64,000 bases of DNA from an uncultured Bacteroidota bacterium (GTDB lineage Bacteria > Bacteroidota > Rhodothermia > Rhodothermales > DASSAV01), in assembly GCA_963790965.1 (NCBI GenBank), contig CAWBQO010000002.1, positions 273,651-337,650 on the forward strand, written 5' to 3'. Below, piece by piece: positions 40,268 to 49,447 of this stretch. The number at the start of each line of letters is the position of its first letter. The stretch's first letter is position 1. The notes beneath the pieces were generated by a model that worked only from the letters and a program-made list of their open reading frames with translations, had not been told where the DNA came from and did not search any database. Made by a program: the position numbers and the translations under genes.

Positions 40268-41221
40268 TTACACGTGGAGCAGCTCCATGAGCCGCTCCAG
40301 GTCCTCAGCGGAATAATAGGCGATCTCGATCCGCCCGCCGGCATCATCGGACTTGTGTCGGATCTGCACCTGCGTGCTGAAGTGCGAACGAAGCCGGTCG
40401 GTAAACTGGCGAATCTGGAGCCTATCGCGCTCCATCGCGGGAGCGTCCTGCCCCTCCTCCTCCGGCGTCCCGCTACCGGCACCGTCCTTCCGCTGGTGCC
40501 AGAGCCGCACGAGTTCTTCCACTTCGCGCACCGAAAGCTGCCGGTCTTGAACGGCGCGCAGCATTTCGACCTGCGCCTCTTCCTGTTCGACGTTGATGAG
40601 CGCGCGCGCGTGTCCGGTCGTGATGGTGCCGTCGCGCAGCGCCGCCTGCACGCGCGTCGGCAAACGGAGCAGGCGCAGAAAATTGGCAACGGTCGCGCGG
40701 TTCTTCCCCACCTTCGCCGCAACCTGCTCCTGCGTCAGACTGCACTCGTCGATGAGGCGCTGGTACCCGAGGGCGATTTCCATCGGGTTCAACTCCTCAC
40801 GCTGCACGTTCTCGACGATCGCCATCTCCAGCATCGCTTCGCTGTCGGCTTCGCGCACGTACGCGGGGATGCGGACCAGAGCGGCCTTGCGGGCCGCGCG
40901 CAACCGCCGTTCTCCGGAGATGATCTCGAAGCGACCCTGTCCGAGCGAGCGCACCGTCACGGGCTGGATGATGCCGAGGTGACGGATGGATTCCGCCAAT
41001 TCTTCCAGCGCCGCCTCGTCGAAGTCCCGCCGGGGCTGATAAGGATTCGGGCTGATGCTCTCCACTTCGATCTCCGCCACTCGCCCGGCGAGGCGCGAGC
41101 GCTCGTCGAGCGAGTAGACGCGGCTGGCGGGCCGCCCTTCTGCGCGATCTTCGTCCTCGGCACTCTGGTTCGATATGAGCGCGCTGAGTCCCCTTCCGAG
41201 TACCGCTTTCCCTTTCGACAT
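40268..41221 (-). CDS. parB: Chromosome partitioning protein ParB/Spo0J
   Basis: ParB box NPYQPRRDFDEAALEELAESIRHLGIIQPVTV, GERRLRAA and HTH LTQEQVAAKVGKNRATVANFLRLLRLP. Confidence 0.93.
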   Translation of the reverse strand: MSKGKAVLGRGLSALISNQSAEDEDRAEGRPASRVYSLDERSRLAGRVAEIEVESISPNPYQPRRDFDEAALEELAESIRHLGIIQPVTVRSLGQGRFEIISGERRLRAARKAALVRIPAYVREADSEAMLEMAIVENVQREELNPMEIALGYQRLIDECSLTQEQVAAKVGKNRATVANFLRLLRLPTRVQAALRDGTITTGHARALINVEQEEAQVEMLRAVQDRQLSVREVEELVRLWHQRKDGAGSGTPEEEGQDAPAMERDRLQIRQFTDRLRSHFSTQVQIRHKSDDAGGRIEIAYYSAEDLERLMELLHV

Positions 41222-41260
41222 GCTGTTCTATATATACTGACGGCGAGAAGTCACCGGGCG

Positions 41261-42121
41261 TCATCCATTGACGGCAGCGGAGGATCGCTTTCGCGGCGCA
41301 GGCGCGTTGATCACGGAGCTAAGCTCCTCGCCGCCGCTGCCGGACGCCGCCACGAACTTCCGGTTGTTCTTGATGATCTCTTTGGCAACGGCCATGTAGT
41401 TGCGCGATCCGACGCTCGTAGCGTCGTAGAGCAGGACCGGCTTACCGAACGAGGGGGCTTCCGAGAGGCGGACGTTGCGCTGCACCACCGTCTTGAACAC
41501 CTTCTCAGCGAAATAGCGGCGAACCTCCTGCGCCACCTGGTTCGAGAGGCGCAGGCGCGTATCGAACATGGTCAGAAGCACGCCTTCAATCTCCAGACCG
41601 GGGTTCAGCTCGTTGCGAACCATGCGGATGGTGTTGAGAAGCTGGCCGAGGCCTTCAAGCGCAAAATACTCGGCCTGCACCGGGATGAGCACCGAGTCCG
41701 CAGCCGTGAGGGAGTTGAGCGTCAGCAGGCCGAGCGAGGGCGGGCAGTCGATGATAACGAAATCATACTTGCGCCGGGCGTGCTCGAGCGCCTTGTTCAA
41801 GATGCGCTCGCGCTGCGCCACGTCCACCATCTCGATCTCCGCGCCGACAAGGTTGATGTGGCTCGGCACCAATTCGAGAAAGGGCATCTCTGTTGGCAGG
41901 ACAGACTCTTCCACGGTTGTCTGGCCGATGAGCACCTCGTAGGTGGTCGCCGTGACCGTCCGCGGATCGATGCCGATGCCCGACGTGCAGTTCGCCTGCG
42001 GATCGATGTCAATCAGCAGCGTCGGGTGCTCCGTCGCAGCAAGCGAAGCGGCGACGTTGACCGACGTGGTCGTTTTCCCGACCCCGCCCTTCTGATTGGC
42101 AACTGCAATGACCTTTCCCAT
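41261..42121 (-). CDS. parA: Chromosome partitioning ATPase ParA/Soj
   Basis: The ORF is trimmed to [19 protein letters not shown], the deviant Walker A. It also has [11 protein letters not shown]. The C-terminal ~40 aa tail is non-canonical. Confidence 0.93.
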   Translation of the reverse strand: MGKVIAVANQKGGVGKTTTSVNVAASLAATEHPTLLIDIDPQANCTSGIGIDPRTVTATTYEVLIGQTTVEESVLPTEMPFLELVPSHINLVGAEIEMVDVAQRERILNKALEHARRKYDFVIIDCPPSLGLLTLNSLTAADSVLIPVQAEYFALEGLGQLLNTIRMVRNELNPGLEIEGVLLTMFDTRLRLSNQVAQEVRRYFAEKVFKTVVQRNVRLSEAPSFGKPVLLYDATSVGSRNYMAVAKEIIKNNRKFVAASGSGGEELSSVINAPAPRKRSSAAVNG

Positions 42122-42436
42122 TCTACCTCGAACCTGCCCGGATAAGCGCGACCAACTCTCTGCACGCGCAAGAGCTTGCGCCTCCATTAAACCATGTCGA
42201 ACCAAAAAGATACGAAACCACGAGCTTCGCGCCGGTTCCTGCTCTGCTCGGTGCCACGGGCGCGCCGCACGAATGTATGAACAATCCATAGGACGAGCCA
42301 AACCGTTCGCATAGAATAGCGGGTAAGGTTATCCACATTCCCGCACTTTCCTTTTGAACGCAACGGTCCCGGGCGCGTACGGATCAACGCTGCGCAGGGA
42401 AGCCGTCCTCGCGCCACGTACCACCACCGCCCTCCA

Positions 42437-44506
42437 ATGGCCCGCCGGTTCGTCCTTCAACCCGATTCTTTGCAGGAGCGCCCCGCGCTGACCATCGCGT
42501 ATGAGGAGGCGCTCAACGCGCAGCAGTACGCCGCCGCGACGGCGGCCGGCGGGCCGGTCCTCGTCATCGCGGGTGCCGGAACGGGCAAGACCCGCACGCT
42601 CGTCTACCGCGTGGCCTATCTCGTGGAGACGGGCACGTTGCCGGAGGAGATTGTCCTGCTCACCTTCACGCGCCGCGCGGCCACGGAGATGCTCACCCGC
42701 GCCTCCGCCCTCCTCGACGGCCGGTGCAGCCGCGTTCGCGGCGGGACGTTTCATGCCTTTTGCCTGTCCGTCCTTCGCGAGCACGCCCCGCGCATCGGTT
42801 TTCCCCGAAACTTCAGCGTGCTCGATGCGGCGGATGCGGCCGACGTGGTGGACGTTCTCCGCACATCGAGCGGACTGAATCGTTCCGGCAAACGGTTCCC
42901 CCGCAAGAACACCCTCTACAACCTGTTCTCGGCCGCCACGAACAGGGACCAGTCCATTGCCGATATACTCGAAGCCCGGTATCCGCAGTTTGTAGAGTAC
43001 GCGCAAGAAATCGAGTCGCTTGCGGTGCAGTTTGACGGGTACAAGGCGCGGTACGGACTGATGGACTACGACGACTTGCTTGCGCGTACGCTTCAGCTTT
43101 TCGAGGCGCACGAAGACGTGGCGCGCCTCGTCGGCGCGCGATGCCGGCAAGTGCTGGTCGACGAATACCAGGACACGAACAAGCTTCAGGCGGCGCTCGT
43201 CAGGCACTTTTCAGCCGTTCACGGCAACGTGATGGCCGTCGGCGACGATGCCCAGAGCATCTACGGCTTTCGCGGAGCGGACACGGAGAACATCTTCGTT
43301 TTTCCCGAAGCTTTCCCCGGCACGGAGCTTCTCAAGCTGGAAGAAAACTACCGGTCGACGCAGCCCATTCTTGACCTCGCCAATCACGTCCTGACCCGGG
43401 CGTCGCGCCGGTACGACAAACGCCTTTTCAGCCTTCGTGAAGGCGGCGAACTGCCGGCCTTAATTCCCGCTGCCGATGACCGGGTGGAAAGCCGCTTCAT
43501 TTGCCAGATGATTCTCCAGCTTCGCGAAGAAGGGGTGCCGCTCGACCGCATCGCCGTCCTCTTTCGAAGCGCCTATAACTCGTTCTATCTGGAAACGGAG
43601 CTGAACCGGCGCGGTATCCCCTTCGTCAAGTATGGCGGGTTGCGGCTAAACGAGGCCGCGCATATCAAGGACGTCGTCGGCTACCTGCGCGTTGCGGAGA
43701 ACCCGCAGGACGCCGTAGCCTGGAACCGCATCCTGCAGCTTCTCGAGGGCATCGGGCCAAAGACCGCCCAGGACCTCATCAGCTGGATAACGAGCGGCGC
43801 GGCCGATGCCTTCAAGCTCGATGCGAGGCCGTTTTCGCCCCGGTATGCGGACGAGCTGCAGCGGCTCTTCACCATGCTTAGAGCCATTCGCCACCCGGAT
43901 ATGCCGCTGCCCGAGCAGGTGGAAACGGCCCTTGCCTACTACACCCCGATTTTGCGGGAGCGCCACTTCGAAGACTATCCGAAGCGCGAGCAGGACCTGG
44001 AGCACTTCGCCGCGCTGGCCGCAGGTTTCGCTTCCCGCGCCGACTTCATTGCCTCACTGGCGCTCGACCCCATCGAGCTTACGGCCATCGACACCGACCC
44101 CGAGAACGCGGACGAGTCGCCGCTGGTGCTCTCGACTATTCATTCTGCCAAAGGGCTTGAGTTTCATTCGGTGTTCCTCATTCACGCGCTCGACGGCGTA
44201 CTGCCCTCCGTTTATATGCTGAAGAACCAGGCAGGGCTGGACGAAGAACTGCGGCTGCTCTACGTCGCGATCACGCGCGCGGAAGACAATCTCTTCATTT
44301 CGTACCCGGTGCTTCAATACCGCCGCTTCGACGGAGAGTATTTTTCCAAGCCGAGCCGCTTTCTGGATGGCATCGCGGAGGCACTGCTGGAGCCGTGGGT
44401 CCTTGCCGAGGAGCCTTCTGCACCCGCGCTGCCCCCGCCGGCCGCACGGGCCGCCTTACCCGCGCAGCTCTCTCCGCCGGGGCTGGACGATCCGCTGCCT
44501 TTTTAG
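42437..44506 (+). CDS. UvrD/Rep/PcrA-family ATP-dependent DNA helicase
   Basis: Motif I AGAGTGKTRTLV, motif II VLVDEYQDTN, GDDAQSIYGFRGA, LEENYRST and TIHSAKGLEF, followed by VAITRAEDNLF. Confidence 0.9.
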   Translation: MARRFVLQPDSLQERPALTIAYEEALNAQQYAAATAAGGPVLVIAGAGTGKTRTLVYRVAYLVETGTLPEEIVLLTFTRRAATEMLTRASALLDGRCSRVRGGTFHAFCLSVLREHAPRIGFPRNFSVLDAADAADVVDVLRTSSGLNRSGKRFPRKNTLYNLFSAATNRDQSIADILEARYPQFVEYAQEIESLAVQFDGYKARYGLMDYDDLLARTLQLFEAHEDVARLVGARCRQVLVDEYQDTNKLQAALVRHFSAVHGNVMAVGDDAQSIYGFRGADTENIFVFPEAFPGTELLKLEENYRSTQPILDLANHVLTRASRRYDKRLFSLREGGELPALIPAADDRVESRFICQMILQLREEGVPLDRIAVLFRSAYNSFYLETELNRRGIPFVKYGGLRLNEAAHIKDVVGYLRVAENPQDAVAWNRILQLLEGIGPKTAQDLISWITSGAADAFKLDARPFSPRYADELQRLFTMLRAIRHPDMPLPEQVETALAYYTPILRERHFEDYPKREQDLEHFAALAAGFASRADFIASLALDPIELTAIDTDPENADESPLVLSTIHSAKGLEFHSVFLIHALDGVLPSVYMLKNQAGLDEELRLLYVAITRAEDNLFISYPVLQYRRFDGEYFSKPSRFLDGIAEALLEPWVLAEEPSAPALPPPAARAALPAQLSPPGLDDPLPF

Positions 44507-44572
44507 AGGCGACGGAACCCTTCACCGCTCTCGATCCTTCCACTGTTTCTCTCCGACCTTCAGAACGGCCTT

Positions 44573-45034
44573 TTGGAAACCTCGCGCGCAATCATAACGG
44601 CCCGGCAGTCTCTCCGCATCGAAGAGGCGGACCTGTCCACGTTTGAGACGCTTAGCGCCTTGAATGAGGAGATCTTCGAGGAGCAGCGCATCATCAACAC
44701 ATTCGACCGGGAAGACTTGACGCTGCTCTACGCCTTCCTGGAGGACATTCCGGTGGGATTCAAGCTCGGCTACCGCGAGAGCCGTCATGTTTTCTATAGC
44801 GCCAAAGGCGGCGTGCTGGAATCTTGCCGCCGAATGGGCATCGCCCGGTTGATGCTGGCCGCCATGGTCGAGCGGGTCCGGGCGAAAGGCTATGCCCGCT
44901 TCGCCTTCGACACCTTTCCCAACCGCCACCCGGGCATGGCGGTTATGGGCTTGCAGGAGGGCTTCCGCATTACGAAGGCGGATTATAACATGCTTTACAA
45001 AGATTTTCGTATCCGGTTTGAAAAGCGTTTATAG
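44573..45034 (+). CDS. GNAT-family N-acetyltransferase
   Basis: 153 aa. The acetyl-CoA loop is VLESCRRMGIARLMLAAMVERVRAKGY. The start codon is TTG according to the track. Confidence 0.75.
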   Translation: METSRAIITARQSLRIEEADLSTFETLSALNEEIFEEQRIINTFDREDLTLLYAFLEDIPVGFKLGYRESRHVFYSAKGGVLESCRRMGIARLMLAAMVERVRAKGYARFAFDTFPNRHPGMAVMGLQEGFRITKADYNMLYKDFRIRFEKRL

Positions 45035-46277
45035 CGAGGACGATGGCGCAGAGGGCGCGTGGGATGTTGTCGTGGTGGGCGGCGGCCCGGCGGGGTCGAT
45101 GGCGGCGGGTACGGCGGCGCGCGCCGGCCTGCGGGTTCTCCTGCTCGACCGAGCGCAGTTCCCCCGCGACAAGGTCTGCGGCGACGCCATCAGCCGCAAG
45201 GCGGTTGAAATACTGGAGCGGATCGGCCTCGCGGAAAAAGTCCATGCTGCGGGCGCGCTTGGTTCGTACGGCGTCTCCATCTTCTCCACGCGAGGAGACC
45301 ACCTCGAGATTACCTTCGAGGACGACCTGCAACGCGCCGTGCCTCCAAGCTTCGTCTGCGAGCGCCGGCACTTCGACGGCGTGCTGCTGGACTGGGCAAA
45401 GGATGGAGGCGTCACGGTGCGGCAGGGCGTGGAGGTCGGCCGCCTTCTTCGGGCGCAGGAGCGCGTCACCGGCGTCCGGATTCGCGGGGCGAATGGCGAG
45501 GGTCATGAACTCACTGCGCCGCTCGTTATCGGGGCCGACGGCGCGAACTCGGCCGTGGCACGGGCCGTCGGGGTGGACGCCCGGGATGATCGGCATTTTT
45601 GCGCCGGCCTTAGATGCTACTACGAAGGGATCGGCGGCTTCCACGAACACCATCATCTCGAGGTGCATTTCCTCGACGGCGTCCTGCCGGGCTACTTCTG
45701 GATGTTTCCCCTTCCGGACGGGCGGGCGAACATCGGCGTCGGCATGTTGAGCCGCGCCGTCAAGCAGGGCGACGTGCGCCTTCGCGCGCTTCTGCAACGA
45801 TGCGTAGCGCACCCGAGTCTGCGGGACCGGTTTGCTAACGCAAGGCCGCTTGGCGCTCCCAAGGGCTGGGGCCTGCCCCTCGGGTCCAAGCCCCGGAAGA
45901 TGTCCGGCGAGGGCTGGATGCTCACGGGCGACGCAGCCTCGCTCATCGACCCGTTCGCGGGGGAAGGCATTGGCAACGCCATGTTCAGCGGCATCGCGGC
46001 GGGGCAGTGGGCGGTGCAAGCAGCCGCGTCGCGCGACTATTCGGCGGCGTTCTTGAGCGGGTATGAACGGGAGGTCCTCCGGGCGCTGCGCTCCGAGCTT
46101 CGCCTGAGCTACTATATGCAGCGCCTTGGTTCGCGGCAGTGGCTGCTCGATGCCGTCGTTGGGCGCGTGGCGCGCTCGCCGGAGCTTACGCGCGCCGTTA
46201 CGCTCATGATGGACGACGAGCGGTCTCGACTGAAGCTCGTCTCTCCGCTCTTTTACCTCAAGCTCCTCTTCACGTGA
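45018..46277 (+). CDS. Geranylgeranyl reductase-family FAD-dependent oxidoreductase
   Basis: Dinucleotide fold WDVVVVGGGPAGSMAA...LLLDR, KVCGDAIS and a later GDAASLIDPFAGEGIGNAM motif. The start is uncertain: TTG at 45018 gives a sensible N-terminus, while the track start at 44892 lies inside the GNAT gene. Confidence 0.85.
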   Translation: MKSVYSEDDGAEGAWDVVVVGGGPAGSMAAGTAARAGLRVLLLDRAQFPRDKVCGDAISRKAVEILERIGLAEKVHAAGALGSYGVSIFSTRGDHLEITFEDDLQRAVPPSFVCERRHFDGVLLDWAKDGGVTVRQGVEVGRLLRAQERVTGVRIRGANGEGHELTAPLVIGADGANSAVARAVGVDARDDRHFCAGLRCYYEGIGGFHEHHHLEVHFLDGVLPGYFWMFPLPDGRANIGVGMLSRAVKQGDVRLRALLQRCVAHPSLRDRFANARPLGAPKGWGLPLGSKPRKMSGEGWMLTGDAASLIDPFAGEGIGNAMFSGIAAGQWAVQAAASRDYSAAFLSGYEREVLRALRSELRLSYYMQRLGSRQWLLDAVVGRVARSPELTRAVTLMMDDERSRLKLVSPLFYLKLLFT

Positions 46278-46382
46278 AATCCGGGTGAGGGCGCGGCAAC
46301 GCCGGTGTCCTTATCTTGCCCGCCGCCGGGCGTCCGCGCTCGGCCGGTTCAGACTCATTTCTTCAAACATCTATTCTTCAAC

Positions 46383-46694
46383 ATGTTCGCACTCCTTCTA
46401 CTCGCCGGTTCTCCCGGTGGCGGCGCAGCAGGGAACCCGCTCATCACGTTCCTGCCGCTCATTCTCATCTTTGTCGTCTTTTACTTTTTCCTCATCCGCC
46501 CGCAAAAGAAGAAGGAGGACGAGCGCAAAAAGATGATCGAGGCGGTAAAGAAGGGAGATCGCGTGGTGACGGTCGGCGGCATTCACGGCACCATTCTGGA
46601 AGTGGACGAGGCGAGCGTGCTGGCCCAGGTCGACGCCAACACCAAGCTGCGTTTCGACAAGTCCTCCGTGGCTTCGGTGCGCGTCAAGGAGTAG
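46383..46694 (+). CDS. yajC: Preprotein translocase subunit YajC
   Basis: The ORF is trimmed to MFALLLLAG. It has one TM helix followed by FYFFLIRPQKKKEDERKKMIEAVKKGDRVVTVGGIHGTI, the YajC signature. Confidence 0.88.
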   Translation: MFALLLLAGSPGGGAAGNPLITFLPLILIFVVFYFFLIRPQKKKEDERKKMIEAVKKGDRVVTVGGIHGTILEVDEASVLAQVDANTKLRFDKSSVASVRVKE

Positions 46695-46768
46695 CCGGTC
46701 CGTAGAACCTCCGGGCTTCTGCGCTGTTGAAGAGCGCTTTGATGCAGACGCCGAAATTGTGCAAAATC

Positions 46769-48043
46769 ATGGCCATAGAGGCTGAAAACACCGCCTCCGA
46801 GTTGCAGTTCGATTCCATCGCCGACGCCATTGCGGACATCCGCCGGGGCCGGCTCGTGATCGTGGTCGACGACGAAGGACGCGAGAACGAGGGAGATTTT
46901 ATCGGCGCGGCCGAGACGATCACACCAGAACTCGTCAACTTTATGGCCTCGCGCGGGCGCGGACTGATCTGCGTCCCCCTTACGCCGGAGCGGTGTTTCG
47001 AGCTGGATCTCGACCTGCTCACGACGAACAACACGGCCCTGTTCGGGACGCCGTTCACGATGTCGGTGGACTACAACATCGGCACCACAACCGGCATCTC
47101 CGCCGCCGACCGCGCAAAGACCATTCGCGGCCTTGCCGATGCGGATGCGCGGCCGGAGCACTTTGCGCGTCCGGGTCATGTTTTCCCGCTGCGCGCGCAG
47201 GCGGGCGGCGTGCTTCGGAGGGCCGGCCACACGGAGGCGGCGGTCGATCTGGCGGCACTTGCGGGCTACAAGCCCACCGGCGTCCTGGTCGAGATCTTGA
47301 ACGAGGACGGGTCGATGGCGCGCGTTCCGCAGCTTGCGGAGATTGCCCGCCAGTTCGACATGCGCCTCATCACGATCAAGGACCTGATCGCCTACCGCAT
47401 GGCGAACGAAAAGCTCGTGCGCCGCGTCGTTGAAGTGCAAATGCCGACGCGCTACGGGGATTTCAGGCTCATTGCCTTCGAAGAGCGCTTCACCGGCGAC
47501 GTACACCTCGCCCTCGTCAAGGGCGAATGGACGCCTGACGAAGCGGTACTCGTTCGGGTGCATTCGCAGTGCGTCACGGGCGACATCTTCGGTTCGCTGC
47601 GGTGCGACTGCGGAGACCAGCTCGCTACGGCCATGATGCGCGTCGAGCAGGAGGGCCGGGGCGTCGTGCTCTATATGAAGCAGGAGGGCCGCGGTATCGG
47701 ACTGCTGAACAAGCTACGCGCCTACAAGCTGCAGGAAGAGGGAATGGACACGGTCGAGGCCAACGAAGCGCTGGGCTTCAAAATGGACCACCGGGATTAC
47801 GGCATCGGCTGCCAGATCCTTCGCGATCTCGGCATCCGAAGAATGCGCCTGATGACCAACAATCCCACCAAGCGCATCGGACTGGCCGGATACGGACTGG
47901 AGATCGTTGATCGCGAATCTATAGAGATCGCCCCGAATGCGCAGAACGAACGCTATCTGCGGACCAAGCGCGACCGCATGGGGCACCTTATTCTGGAAGA
48001 ACTCGCGCCCCACGACCAGGCCGTCCTGGACCGCGTCCTGTAG
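46769..48043 (+). CDS. ribBA: Bifunctional 3,4-dihydroxy-2-butanone-4-phosphate synthase / GTP cyclohydrolase II
   Basis: The RibB part has [14 protein letters not shown] and [12 protein letters not shown]. The RibA part has [24 protein letters not shown] and [15 protein letters not shown]. Confidence 0.95.
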   Translation: MAIEAENTASELQFDSIADAIADIRRGRLVIVVDDEGRENEGDFIGAAETITPELVNFMASRGRGLICVPLTPERCFELDLDLLTTNNTALFGTPFTMSVDYNIGTTTGISAADRAKTIRGLADADARPEHFARPGHVFPLRAQAGGVLRRAGHTEAAVDLAALAGYKPTGVLVEILNEDGSMARVPQLAEIARQFDMRLITIKDLIAYRMANEKLVRRVVEVQMPTRYGDFRLIAFEERFTGDVHLALVKGEWTPDEAVLVRVHSQCVTGDIFGSLRCDCGDQLATAMMRVEQEGRGVVLYMKQEGRGIGLLNKLRAYKLQEEGMDTVEANEALGFKMDHRDYGIGCQILRDLGIRRMRLMTNNPTKRIGLAGYGLEIVDRESIEIAPNAQNERYLRTKRDRMGHLILEELAPHDQAVLDRVL

Positions 48044-48248
48044 CCGCATCGCACCGGAAGGCCGGGCGGCATCGCGCTCCGGATGCCTTCCGCCTTCGCG
48101 CCGCTCCTACTGATGGACTGCGGCCCTTCGTCTTCGCTGGAGCGAGTCGAGGCGAGCCTGGAGCGGAGCGGCCGTTGGCCCTACATGAGCTTGCGCTCGT
48201 TATGCACGGCCAACGACCGGCACGGCCACAGGAGGTCGAATCCTATGC

Positions 48249-48680
48249 CTACCGTTCGACGGACACGAGGGTCAGGTCGAACGTGAGGTCCTGCCCGGCA
48301 AGCGGGTGGTTGGCGTCGAGGCGAACCGTCTCCTCTCCTACGTCCGTGACAAAGACGACAACGGCCTCGCCCGGTGCCTGCTCCACCTGGAGCTGCTGTC
48401 CGACTTCAGGGTTCAGGTCGGGCGGGAACATGGACCGGTCAACGTCGATCACCTGATCGTCGGAATAGGAGCCATAGGCGTTCTCCGCGGCGATCGTGAC
48501 CGTTTTCGTCTCTCCCGGACTCATGCCGACCAGTGCTTCTTCAAAGCCCTGAATGACCTGTCCGGATCCAATTTCAAACGAGAGCGGAGCGGCATCGGTC
48601 GAGGAGTCAAAAACGGTATCGTCGTCGAGGCGGCCGGTGTAGTGAACGTGAACGGTGTCGCCGAGGCGGGCAAAATCCAT
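48249..48680 (-). CDS. FKBP-type peptidyl-prolyl cis-trans isomerase (SlyD-like, with IF insert, no His-rich tail)
   Basis: VHYTGRLDDDTVFDSS...FEIGSGQVIQGFEEALVGMSPGE, an insert-in-flap segment and NHPLAGQDLTFDLTLVSV. Confidence 0.88.
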   Translation of the reverse strand: MDFARLGDTVHVHYTGRLDDDTVFDSSTDAAPLSFEIGSGQVIQGFEEALVGMSPGETKTVTIAAENAYGSYSDDQVIDVDRSMFPPDLNPEVGQQLQVEQAPGEAVVVFVTDVGEETVRLDANHPLAGQDLTFDLTLVSVER

Positions 48681-48952
48681 GCTAAAGAAGAGGCTTTGCT
48701 GAAAGGTGCAAAAGCTTTAGTACGGACGGCACGGCGCTTTGGGTCCCGGTATGGATGTGCCGGTGCGCTCAGGAGCCTGTTGACTTACTATGGTTCGGAT
48801 GCATCACAGACTTGCGGGGCCGTGTCTATGACTGGAATGCCGCCTAATACCACCTTGCATCCCCGTCAAGGGGGAGGTTGCGTTGGTGCTTTGGTCCATA
48901 CCGCCAGCTACATACAGCGCGTTCTTTTATTCCAACGGCTTCTCGGGTGCGC

Positions 48953-49351
48953 TCATGTGCTCGACACGTGCGCGGAATTGCTCAGGACGAAGTCGCCGTC
49001 GCGGATGCGATCCAGCATTCCGTACAGGTTTACCGGGTCGCCTTTGATGACGTAGCCGACCGCGCCGGCAGCGAGCGCCTGATCCACGTAAGCGGGCTGC
49101 TCGTGGCCGGTGAGCATCAGGCAGGGCAGAGACGGCTGCGTTGTTTTCAGTTCTCTAACAAAGTCGATTCCGCTCATTCCGGGGAGGGAAACGTCTACGA
49201 GCAGGAGGTCCGCCTCCAGCTTTCCGGGGTCGGCGAGCGCCTCTTCGGCGGAGCCTGCCGTGCCGCACACTTCGAGATCCGGAAGGGCCTCCACGAACTC
49301 TTTCAGCATGGTCCGCATAACGAAGTGGTCTTCCACGATGTAGATTTTCAT
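48953..49351 (-). CDS. Stand-alone response-regulator receiver domain (NarL-like receiver, no output domain)
   Basis: MKIYIVEDH..., a phospho-acceptor context LLLVDVSLPGMSG and LTGH...YVIKG. The ORF ends at 132 aa, and I found no LuxR-type HTH in any downstream frame. Confidence 0.88.
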   Translation of the reverse strand: MKIYIVEDHFVMRTMLKEFVEALPDLEVCGTAGSAEEALADPGKLEADLLLVDVSLPGMSGIDFVRELKTTQPSLPCLMLTGHEQPAYVDQALAAGAVGYVIKGDPVNLYGMLDRIRDGDFVLSNSAHVSST

Positions 49352-49447
49352 AGCCGTTGTTCGGTCTGCTCTCTATGAAACCGGCACCCTGCGCCGGATG
49401 GTCGTAAGTACAATATACACTTACATTTCGAAAAAGCAAAAAAGCCG

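Noticed and set aside
40274-42145. 623-aa ORF antisense across parB and parA
   Set aside because: It spans two independently well-supported genes and their intergenic gap on the other strand, so it is a compositional artefact.
42329-42337. Perfect DnaA box TTATCCACA in the parA / helicase divergent intergenic region (possible oriC)
   Set aside because: A single 9-mer match is expected by chance about once every other window of this size (both strands). I saw no cluster of additional boxes or an AT-rich unwinding element nearby, and dnaA and dnaN are not in the window.
46266-46281. parS-like palindrome TTCACGTGAA at the 3' end of the geranylgeranyl-reductase gene
   Set aside because: Only about 11 of 16 positions match the TGTTTCACGTGAAACA consensus. 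The outer positions, which matter for ParB binding, do not match.
46695-46768. Looked for an FMN riboswitch upstream of ribBA
   Set aside because: The yajC-ribBA spacer is only about 75 nt, too short for an RFN element, and none of the conserved RFN stems is apparent.
48681-48952. Looked for a frameshifted LuxR-type HTH domain downstream of the 132-aa receiver gene, and for a tRNA or sRNA in this 270-nt gap
   Set aside because: Translating the other minus-strand frames gives no HTH-like sequence (no ...SxREREVL...TVKxH... pattern). No cloverleaf-compatible structure or known ncRNA motif was recognised.
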